Origin: Savitreella phatthalungensis
Lineage: Eukaryota
Length of the DNA stretch: 56,976 nucleotides
Assembly: GCA_051599415.1 (NCBI GenBank)
Contig: AP039710.1
Coordinates: 186,001 to 242,976, forward strand
Direction: 5' to 3'
The translations under genes and the position numbers were made by a program. A model generated the notes under the pieces. That model was not told the DNA's origin. It made no database searches and saw nothing but the letters and a program-made list of their open reading frames with translations. Below, piece by piece: positions 49,175-56,976 of this stretch. Every line of letters starts with the position of its first letter. Within the stretch, counting starts at the first letter, position 1.

Positions 49175-51100
49175 CTACAACGACAGTCGAGTACCATGAG
49201 TCGTAGCTCCAGCTCGTGCTGTAGAGGTCGGCGACCTGGAGCTCCGCGGGGTCCCGTCATTGTTCTGGGTCTGCATCATCCTCGGTACATCAGAAACGCC
49301 TTTGGACAATTGGAGCCGATTCTGAGTCGACTTCTTCGGCGGCCTGGAGCTCCGCTGAAAATCGTCATTGTTCTGAGTCTGCATCATCCTCGGTACATCA
49401 GAAACGCCTTTGGACAATCGGAGCCGATTCTGAATCGACTTCTTGACAAGATCAAGCGAAGTGACCGGCTTGGGACGTGAGCGACGGGAGCGTCGGGGCA
49501 ATTTCCGAAGCGTGCCTTCATCAGCGGACCATGGGCGCTGTGTCGAGGTGCTTGTGTTGTCGCGACTGCTGTCACTGCCAGAGTCAAGATCGGATGATTT
49601 TATGTTTGGATCCTTCACTTCGTCGTCTGGGGTGTCAGGCGGCGATGTTGTATAGGACTCATGTCCATCCTCGTCGAAATTGTCGGAAAAGAACCTGTCT
49701 GTGAACGATCGGGGAAGGTTGCATGGGTCGAATGCTTCGAGGCGATCGTCACCGACCTGGAAAGCTGCCCGATACTCTGGATCGTCATGAGACGGCGTCA
49801 GTGGACAAGTCAAGATTCGCGCGTCTCCGCGCAGAGTAACCACGAGGTCCACGAGAAACGCATAGCGTTCGTCATCGTCCGATAAGTCGTAGGTGCGTCC
49901 GACCAAAATCTGCAGAGCTTCGCGACCGGCACCGCCTGATACCGAGCTCTGGTTCTCCTGGTCGCGCCAGGCAATGCACAAGGTCGCTTCCAGATCCGTC
50001 TGGACCATCGCAGGAAGGGCACCGCGGACGGATCGACCGTCAATGATGACATGCGCCCGTCTAGCATCGCGCCATGGATCTTGCGTCAGGATCGCAAGGT
50101 AGGTGGCAAGCTGAGGTAATACCTTGTATACCTCTTGTTGCGTGACCTTGTGCTCCGCCAGAAAACGGATGTCGTCCATCAAGGGAATTCGTGGGATGAG
50201 GCACAAGTCGGCTGTGCCGCCATCGGCCCTTCTGCCAGACCGCTCACCGCGCTCGCTCGGCCACAGCAGCGGAACGAATGATGCTGCAGTCAGGGACGGT
50301 TCCCCGGTCGCGGTCTTTGAGAATTCGTCAGCACGAGTGAGCGCTCTAAGCAGCATTTCGAAGAAATCCTTCATCCTGCTTGTCATGTCGCGCTCGAACT
50401 CCTCCTCGGTTCTCAAGGCGAGAATTTCGAGAAAATCGCTCCACGTACTAGATCGTAGGACGTCCTGACAGCGCTGAGAAATGACTGGCGTCGGCTGATC
50501 CGAGTCAGCGTGTTCGAAGACGAAGCTGGAGAAGTGACAATCAAGCGCGCCCAGGCTCTGCAGACTGGCTCTGCTGGGACTGACACGTCGCACAGCGCCA
50601 GCTGACATCGGCATATGCCTCGCGAACCATGCTCGTGTGACCTCAAGCTCAAGAACTCCGTGACCATCCAGCTCTCCATCACCAAAGGCGATGCATTGGC
50701 GCACTCGCATGTTCGTATACTTGGGGCACCCGCAGTCAGAGTTGGTGGATATCTCACTGTCAGAGTCGGTGGACATCTCACTCGACACAGAGAGCGTGTC
50801 ATCTGAAGCCCGTCTCGAAGTCTCGCTGTGCGACGATGACGGCGGCGACGAAGATGTCAGCTCAGCGACCGCATCTTCGGGCTGAACTTGGCTCATCCCG
50901 ATCAATGCCAAAGTCCTCAGGTGTATCCCTTTGCCGGTCTCGTCGTAGTCTCTGAGGCGTGATGAAGACACGAGTGGACTCTTTGTCGCTGTCACTGATG
51001 ACGGTGTAACTGTGACCTGCCTGACAGTCGTCAGCGGTCCACGACCGATGGCCGAGGGGTCGATTTTCACGTCCTGGCAAGCGTCCATGATCTCCATCAT
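49175..51100 (-). CDS. Hypothetical protein with a PD-(D/E)xK restriction-endonuclease-like motif set and disordered termini
   Basis: 641-codon ORF containing GTADLCL..FLAEHK..VLPQLATYL (D, ExK, QxxxY), with Ser/Asp-rich flanks. Confidence 0.6.
   Translation of the reverse strand: MMEIMDACQDVKIDPSAIGRGPLTTVRQVTVTPSSVTATKSPLVSSSRLRDYDETGKGIHLRTLALIGMSQVQPEDAVAELTSSSPPSSSHSETSRRASDDTLSVSSEMSTDSDSEISTNSDCGCPKYTNMRVRQCIAFGDGELDGHGVLELEVTRAWFARHMPMSAGAVRRVSPSRASLQSLGALDCHFSSFVFEHADSDQPTPVISQRCQDVLRSSTWSDFLEILALRTEEEFERDMTSRMKDFFEMLLRALTRADEFSKTATGEPSLTAASFVPLLWPSERGERSGRRADGGTADLCLIPRIPLMDDIRFLAEHKVTQQEVYKVLPQLATYLAILTQDPWRDARRAHVIIDGRSVRGALPAMVQTDLEATLCIAWRDQENQSSVSGGAGREALQILVGRTYDLSDDDERYAFLVDLVVTLRGDARILTCPLTPSHDDPEYRAAFQVGDDRLEAFDPCNLPRSFTDRFFSDNFDEDGHESYTTSPPDTPDDEVKDPNIKSSDLDSGSDSSRDNTSTSTQRPWSADEGTLRKLPRRSRRSRPKPVTSLDLVKKSIQNRLRLSKGVSDVPRMMQTQNNDDFQRSSRPPKKSTQNRLQLSKGVSDVPRMMQTQNNDGTPRSSRSPTSTARAGATTHGTRLSL
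49229..49444. repeat. 108-bp in-frame tandem duplication (2 copies, 36 aa) in the ORF C-terminus
   Basis: KKS(I/T)QNRL(R/Q)LSKGVSDVPRMMQTQNND..RSSR.P occurs twice; copy ends at 49336 and 49444. Confidence 0.9.
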
Positions 51101-52089
51101 CTTTGGAGCTCTGCGATCGACAGGAGTGGAAGGGTCGCGTGCCCGTCAGGAGACGTATGAGAGAAACAGCTGGAGGACTAGCATGCGCGAGTCTCTCAGG
51201 CTGCCCACATGCCAATCTCGCACAAAGCGGTCAGTAGACCTATTGCCCGCTCAGTAGAGCGCGGAGACCTTAGGAGAATCGGGAACGCCAGGTTCAAGCA
51301 GGATCGTGATCCAGGCGGCTACAGATACCCGATCAGTGAATGAACCCACCGGGCGCTCGCGTCTGCTTTGAGTATTCTAATTCGATTTCCTTGTTTGTTG
51401 TGGATAATCGCTATGCCGTCATTTAAGTCACGTATATGCCTTGCACGATTTCGGGGTGATGCTAAAATTAGTCTCTGTGAGAGCTCGAGTGAAGGAATTT
51501 TTGGAATGTAATATTTGATCCTGCATTCGAGGGACTCACGGTATATATGTATTCCAGGCTAGATACAAACTTGATCGTGTGCATCATTCAGGATTGCAAA
51601 TCTCACGTTGTGGCAGGTGCATGATTCAATCCATAGGGCAGGTAGAGCCGATCACGATAAGGACGACGCCCGAGGATGCACGACGTGGATGTGCATTCCA
51701 GGGATAGCGCTGCGTTCTGCGGATAAGACACAGGGATATCGAGGGTGCAGAGACATGATCTTGGAGATGCAGCACGTCGTCCCTTTGAGATAATTGTCGA
51801 CAATGCAGTACCAGTCATCATGGACATGGGGAGGAGCCACAGGCGAGGTCCTCCATGTCAAGGTCACGTGAGCTCTACGCATAAGGATGATCCGGCTCCA
51901 CAATGAACCGGCCTCCTAGCAATGTGCTGTCGAGACTACACCAAACGCGACTTGCTCCAGTGTCCAACAGCACACAAAGAATTTGAACACGGATGCGGGC
52001 CAAGCTGTGAACTTTTTTGTCAATCAACCTGTCAGCGCACATCAAATCTGGACATCACTGGAGACCTATTTGCATCATGATTAACAAGG

Positions 52090-53340
52090 CTATATATATT
52101 CCGTTCAAAAATCCCAAACTGTTTTCAGCGGCGCCAGATTTTAGCCATGATGTTAAGGATGAAACACTGCATGGCATTCCTAACTGTAAGTCAACAGTTA
52201 GGGACAAATCAAACTGTAAAACCAAACTGTAAAACCAAACTGTAAAACCAAACTGTAAAACCAAACTGTAAAACCAAACTGTAAAACCAAACTGCGAAAG
52301 CAAACTGCAAAACCGAACTGCAAAACCAAACTGCAAGAACCAAACTGCAAGAAACAAATTGCAAGAACAAAACTGCAAAACCAAACTGGAAAACTAAATT
52401 GCAGCACACAGCAAATTCTGACCTGATTGCATCCCAGACTGCAGGGCCAGACTGCAGCGCTCAACAAATCTGTAGTATGCACGCCAGCAGCAGTAGCAGC
52501 AGCAGTGGTGGTCATGGCAGTAGCAGCAGTAGTAGCAGCAGCAGTGGCAGCAGTAGTAACAGCAGTAGTAACGGCAGCAGCAGCGAATGCAGCAGTAGCT
52601 GTTGTAGTGGCAGTATTGGAATGAGTGAAGATGATGGTGGAAGTAGTCTATATATATTCCGTTCAAAAATCCCAAACTGTTTTCAGCAGCGCCAGATTAT
52701 AGCCATGAAGTTAGGGATGAAACACTGCATGGCATCCCTAACTGTAAGTCAACAGTTAGGGACAAACCAAACTGTAAAACCAAACTGTAAAACCAAACTG
52801 TAAAACCAAACTGTAAAAACCAAACTGTAAAACCAAACTGCAAAACCAAACTGCAGCTGTGAACCTAACTGCAAACCAAACTGCAAAAACCAAACTGCAA
52901 AAACCAAACTGCAAAAACCAAACTGCAAAACCAAACTGCAAAACCAAACTGCAAGAGTCCAGTTAGGGACAAACCAAACTGTAAAACCAAACTGTAAAAA
53001 CCAAACTGCAAAAACCAAACTGCAAGAACCAAACTGCAGAACCAAACTGCAGCGCTCAACAAATTTGAACCAAACCGCAAAACCAAACTGCAAGAACCAA
53101 ACTGCAAGAACCAAACTGCAAGAACCAAACTGCAAGAACCAAACTGCAGAACCAAACTGCAGAACCAAACTGCAGCGCTCAACAGATTTGAACCAAACTG
53201 CAAAACCAAACTGCAGCCGTGAACCTAACTGCAAACCAAACTGCAAAACCAAACTGCAAAACCAAACTGCAACAACCAAACTGCAAAAACCAAACTGCAG
53301 CGCTCAACAAATTTGAACCTAACTGCATCCCAAACTGCAG
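52090..53340. repeat. Subtelomeric repeat complex: two ~120-bp modules 558 bp apart, each followed by a 13-14 bp minisatellite (AAAACCAAACTGY), with a (GCA/GTA)n block between
   Basis: Modules start at 52090 and 52648 (CTATATATATTCCGTTCAAAAATCCC...CAGTTAGGGACAAA). Arrays run about 52205-52400 and 52763-53340. Trinucleotide block about 52485-52615. Confidence 0.93.
52735..52762. other. Perfect 11-6-11 inverted repeat TCCCTAACTGT-AAGTCA-ACAGTTAGGGA (second copy with one mismatch at 52177-52204)
   Basis: The arms are exact reverse complements and contain CCCTAA/TTAGGG. Function is inferred only. Confidence 0.8.
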
Positions 53341-53949
53341 CACGAGAAAAACTTTGCCCACAACAAGTGTACCCTCTGTTAGGACCTATGGAGGCAGGAT
53401 ATGAAGGCATCAAGGATAGATACCTCAAATGGTTAAGCAACTGGCCATGGAATCTTGATGCTGGAATACCAGGACACAGATATGTCCACATACTTGCTGA
53501 CGTGTCCAGATGTTGTTGTGAGTATTTGACTTGCCATGCCCGTTAGCATATTCATGACCTTGAACGTGGATATTAGGCGTTCAGCATTGAACATACCCGA
53601 CAGTCGTGACTGTGGATATAATTGCCAGATATGCCTGTAGCATTCAATTGTAAACTGTTGCACCCGACTGTAATCATGTGTCTTGAAATTGTCGTGGACC
53701 ATGATGTACCATTGGCACATGACTTGAATCTGTTAGAGGCAAGTGCATGCCTGCAGACAGATACATGCCCGGATGTGAAAGCATGGTCAGTCAGGCATCA
53801 TGCCAAGGGCGCGTGCACACGTATGCTGTCGGCATTGCATTTCATGCTGCAGCAAGCACCTGGCTTGCCTGAATATAAAGGATCTTATTGTCGTCAAGGG
53901 TCCCCTCCAAAGAACATCAAGTCATCTTGTCTTCTCAAGCTCCATCACA

Positions 53950-56691
53950 ATGCTCTTCAAAAGCGACTCTTTCAACTTTGTTCTCTGTGCTGATCATGGC
54001 GGCATTGAGCCTGGCCTCACATGCCTCATGCGACATCTTCATCGTGCGCACCCTGAAGTTGATAAGGCTGAGGCAGAGAGTATCCAGCAATGTCTCACTG
54101 ATGCCTTCATCATTTCTGCCAACAACCTTGACACTGTCCGTCAGCTTGTGCAGGAAGTCAACTATCAGATTGATGTGCCCCTTGCGCATCTCCCAATTCT
54201 CCCGGGTTTTGCCTGCAGCTCCTGCAATGAGCCATTCCTCAACAAGCGTGCACTCCAGGTGCACATCAAGCAATCTCATCCAGACAGCAGCGTCATTGTT
54301 GAGCTTGCCTGCAAGGTCCAACAGCTCTTCAACAGGTCTCCTCAGCGTGGCGCTGCCCTTCTTGTCAGGGTCCCTGACGACAGCGCTGTCATCACCAAAG
54401 TGACAACCGATTCTGGGGTCATCCCGGAACTGATCCAGCAGCTCCAGCTCACCTCGGCGCCTGCTCTCACTGGAGACGCAATCATCCATCCGCCAACCTG
54501 GGTCATTGACCATGACTTACTGGACTTTGTCGAGGACAACCATGAGCGCATGCCAGTCAGTAGCCAACTCCAGACGGCCTGCCAAGAGCTCATCCAGGAG
54601 ACACACGAGCAGTGCCGCAGTGGATGGCTCAACCTCTTGACCCGCTCAATCCTCACCAAGTACACTGGGCAGGACAATGCTGATGGCAGTCCTCCCTTGC
54701 GACTCATCAAGAACCCCGCGACCCTTATCCGTTATGCCAACACGCTTGCAGCTGCCCTTGCCTACGCACCTGGAGCCAATGTTCCTGGCCTCTCAAAGGA
54801 TTCCGTCTACACCTCAGCCTTGGCTCTCTTCAAGCAGGGTATCACTCATCGGCCATTGGAGTCTCCACTCATCCAGTATCTTGCACTCTCGTCTCGCGCT
54901 CCCAGCGGTGGCCGATTCTACCCTGCCTCCTCAACCTCATCCAGGGCTGCTGGTCTCATCTACTGTGCGCAGCTTCTCCTGACCAGGGAGGCCGCCATCA
55001 CCAATTCCTTCCCCATCGACAAGCATCTGTCCAAGCTGTGCGGCCAGTACCTTTGCAATGGCTCGAGCACTGCAATGGGGTTTGTCCTGATGCTCAACCG
55101 CTCATTGCGCAATGCTGCAGCCAATGAACACTCCGAATTTCTCTGCAGTTATGTCAAAGGCGCCTTCATCATACAAGGCTTGGCTGTTACACTCTCACAG
55201 CTGTCGGATGTCTACACCAGCACCCTTGCCGATGCCCAGAAGTTGTACTCGCAGCTTACATTTGACACTCGCAGTCACACAGACATCAGCAAGCTCTGCT
55301 CCGCCGTCCACACCAATGAAGCGGGATCTTTCCTCACAGACAACAACCTCACCTACACTTTGGTTGCCAACATGCTCACAAGCGCCTGTGAAGCCAAGAC
55401 CTTTCGCCCCAATGAGTGGACCAGACACCAGCCGGCGATCATCTCTGCTCCCGACAGGGCTCTTGAGGAGGTTGCTCAGGATGACATAGAGGAGGATCTT
55501 GCTGGAGATGATCAGAGCGAGGAGGGACATGGCCTGGATGCAATCCAAGACGACAGCTCTGAGGACGACGCATCTGAATACCTTGAATCTGACACAGAGC
55601 TGTCCCAGGCAAGACCCAATCCGTCGCAGTCGGTACGATTCATCTCCAGCCAGCAACACTGGTACAAGCGCACTGCATTGAGTCTCATCAAGGACCTTGC
55701 CATCCTGTGCCACTTCTTTGCTGGCTCTCCAATGCGAGGCACAGAGATCCTCCAAACCACCATCAACACAGACAACCGAGGTCGACGTGGTCTGAACATT
55801 GAACAAGGTCTTGTCCTCTTGGCGGGCCTGCACTGCAAGACAACCAACACAACCAGGCAGGACATCATCAACAATCACCGGTTCCTGCCGCCTGCTGTTG
55901 GCCAGCTTGTTGTGGATACCTGCGTGTATGTCCTGCCGCTTGTCAGGGCCCTCTGTGGTGTCAGGGCTCCCCAGATTGCGTATCTCTTTGCTGATGTGCA
56001 CAATCGGCCACTGGACTCTCAGCAGCTCCGCAGGGCATTTCAGGAGCGCTGCCGCAAGGCTGACTGTCCGCCCTTGAACCTGAATCAGCTCCGACACATT
56101 GCCGAGGTCATCACACGCTCCTTCATTGTCACCCCAAATGACAGCGGTCCCAGTACAATCCAGTTGGCGCTCCATCTCCAGAGCGGACACACCTCAAGAA
56201 CTGCTGCCCAGCACTATGCGCAGCAAAAGTCTGTTGGCCCGCTGCAATACCTCCAGCCCAGTGTCCATGCAGCCGCGCTCCAGGCAAGTTCCGCCTGGCA
56301 GGCTGTCTTTGGCATTGTGTTGGAATCAGAGTCGGAAGAGACAGAGGACCTAACGGATGAGCAGGCAGAGACGGTGTCATTCTCACAGGAGCAGATTCTT
56401 GCAGCAGGTCAATTGCTCTTTCCCTCGACTAATTTCTGTTGGCAATCCGGTCAGCAAGAGCTTGCCACCTTCCTGGCAAATGATACAAAGCACAATGCAA
56501 TTGTCGTCCAGCGCACTGGTGCAGGCAAGACCATCCCACTGATGATCCTTGCACGTCTCATTGCGCCCTCAAAGTGTGTTGTTGTTGTTGTGGCCCCTCT
56601 CTCAACCCTGCGTATGGATCTGAAGCGACGCTTTGCACAGCAGGGGCATATGCGTGCAGACAAATGTAGCGTAGCAAGGCAGCAGGCGTGA
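53950..56691 (+). CDS. Telomere-linked helicase (TLH)-type protein, 3'-truncated: C2H2-like fingers, tyrosine-recombinase-like domain, first motifs of a RecQ-like SF2 helicase
   Basis: VLCADH..RHLHRAH and FACSSC..VHIKQSH..VQQLF fingers; GSPMRGTEI, LHCK, RFLP, QLRHI and LQSGHTSRTAAQHYA; then WQSGQQE, QRTGAGKT (Walker A) and VVAPLSTL (motif Ia). Stop follows with no DExH motif. The probable start is ATG 53950; the frame is open from 53800. Confidence 0.82.
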   Translation: MLFKSDSFNFVLCADHGGIEPGLTCLMRHLHRAHPEVDKAEAESIQQCLTDAFIISANNLDTVRQLVQEVNYQIDVPLAHLPILPGFACSSCNEPFLNKRALQVHIKQSHPDSSVIVELACKVQQLFNRSPQRGAALLVRVPDDSAVITKVTTDSGVIPELIQQLQLTSAPALTGDAIIHPPTWVIDHDLLDFVEDNHERMPVSSQLQTACQELIQETHEQCRSGWLNLLTRSILTKYTGQDNADGSPPLRLIKNPATLIRYANTLAAALAYAPGANVPGLSKDSVYTSALALFKQGITHRPLESPLIQYLALSSRAPSGGRFYPASSTSSRAAGLIYCAQLLLTREAAITNSFPIDKHLSKLCGQYLCNGSSTAMGFVLMLNRSLRNAAANEHSEFLCSYVKGAFIIQGLAVTLSQLSDVYTSTLADAQKLYSQLTFDTRSHTDISKLCSAVHTNEAGSFLTDNNLTYTLVANMLTSACEAKTFRPNEWTRHQPAIISAPDRALEEVAQDDIEEDLAGDDQSEEGHGLDAIQDDSSEDDASEYLESDTELSQARPNPSQSVRFISSQQHWYKRTALSLIKDLAILCHFFAGSPMRGTEILQTTINTDNRGRRGLNIEQGLVLLAGLHCKTTNTTRQDIINNHRFLPPAVGQLVVDTCVYVLPLVRALCGVRAPQIAYLFADVHNRPLDSQQLRRAFQERCRKADCPPLNLNQLRHIAEVITRSFIVTPNDSGPSTIQLALHLQSGHTSRTAAQHYAQQKSVGPLQYLQPSVHAAALQASSAWQAVFGIVLESESEETEDLTDEQAETVSFSQEQILAAGQLLFPSTNFCWQSGQQELATFLANDTKHNAIVVQRTGAGKTIPLMILARLIAPSKCVVVVVAPLSTLRMDLKRRFAQQGHMRADKCSVARQQA

Positions 56692-56792
56692 GCAAAGAAA
56701 CAAGGTCAGCAGGCAAGCAAGCAAGCGAGCAAAGCGGAGTGAGGGTTGGGGCATTGGTTAGTTTGACGGCGGTTAGTTTTTGTGTGTCAGGG

Positions 56793-56900
56793 TTAGGGTT
56801 AGGGTTAGGGTTAGGGTTAGGGTTAGGGTTAGGGTTAGGGTTAGGGTTAGGGTTAGGGTTAGGGTTAGGGTTAGGGTTAGGGTTAGGGTTAGGGTTAGGG
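56793..56900 (+). repeat. Telomere tract (TTAGGG)x18
   Basis: 108 bp of perfect repeats, preceded by TCAGGG and degenerate variants. The G-rich strand runs toward the window end. Confidence 0.98.
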
Positions 56901-56901
56901 T

Positions 56902-56968
56902 AGGTGCTGTTCTCGCAAAGGCAGAAAGTAGTCTTAACCTTAGCAATACGTAACTGAACGAAGTACAT
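56902..56968. other. Untrimmed Oxford Nanopore native barcode (barcode 06) and ligation adapter; technical artefact
   Basis: AGGTGCTG + TTCTCGCAAAGGCAGAAAGTAGTC + TTAACCTT + AGCAATACGTAACTGAACGAAGTACAT. This is the native-barcode flanks plus the reverse complement of adapter AATGTACTTCGTTCAGTTACGTATTGCT. Confidence 0.95.
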
Positions 56969-56976
56969 AAACTACA

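Noticed and set aside
51608..51793. Possible HNH pseudogene fragment (LEMQHVVP)
   Set aside because: One weak motif in a 61-codon non-ATG ORF is insufficient.
52055..53361. CRISPR-like reading of the repeat array, and the many ORFs over it (VLQFGFTVWFYSL..., poly-Ser/Cys)
   Set aside because: Units are contiguous 13-14 bp tandem repeats with recurring, not unique, interruptions. There are no cas genes and the context is eukaryotic. The ORFs are translations of the satellite.
56558..56968. ORFs with (PN)n or (GL)n repeats
   Set aside because: These are translations of the telomere tract and adapter.
56901..56976. Unique sequence beyond the telomere suggesting an interstitial telomere or telomere-inserted element
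   Set aside because: It matches the Nanopore barcode and adapter.

Overview
A gene-dense, intron-poor fungal chromosome end. The compact genes and TTAGGG telomere suggest an ascomycete, possibly Taphrinomycotina, but that assignment is inference only. Bases 1-48,000 hold about 22 mostly housekeeping genes: partial UTP20, ARG4, NAB2-like, TYS1, an amino-acid permease, malic enzyme, UFD1, PBP2-like, an acyl-CoA synthetase, ZRT1, PRP2, RPL10 and an OSCA channel. Several have unusual architectures: TyrRS with an EMAP II-like domain, SDR fused to thiamine pyrophosphokinase, SET fused to a PLP decarboxylase, and a stand-alone EXD2-like HNH protein. A short accessory zone follows, with a small secreted protein and a PD-(D/E)xK-like protein. 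Next is a ~5 kb CpG-poor subtelomere, 18 TTAGGG repeats, and an untrimmed Oxford Nanopore barcode and adapter. The best candidate for an undescribed system is in the subtelomere. The telomere-linked helicase (TLH)-type ORF carries a tyrosine-recombinase-like set of catalytic residues (R..K..R..H-x8-Y) upstream of a RecQ-like helicase that is cut off just before the telomere. Upstream of that ORF are two directly repeated 11-6-11 bp inverted-repeat sites whose arms contain the telomere repeat. All calls come from reading motifs by eye; no searches were run.
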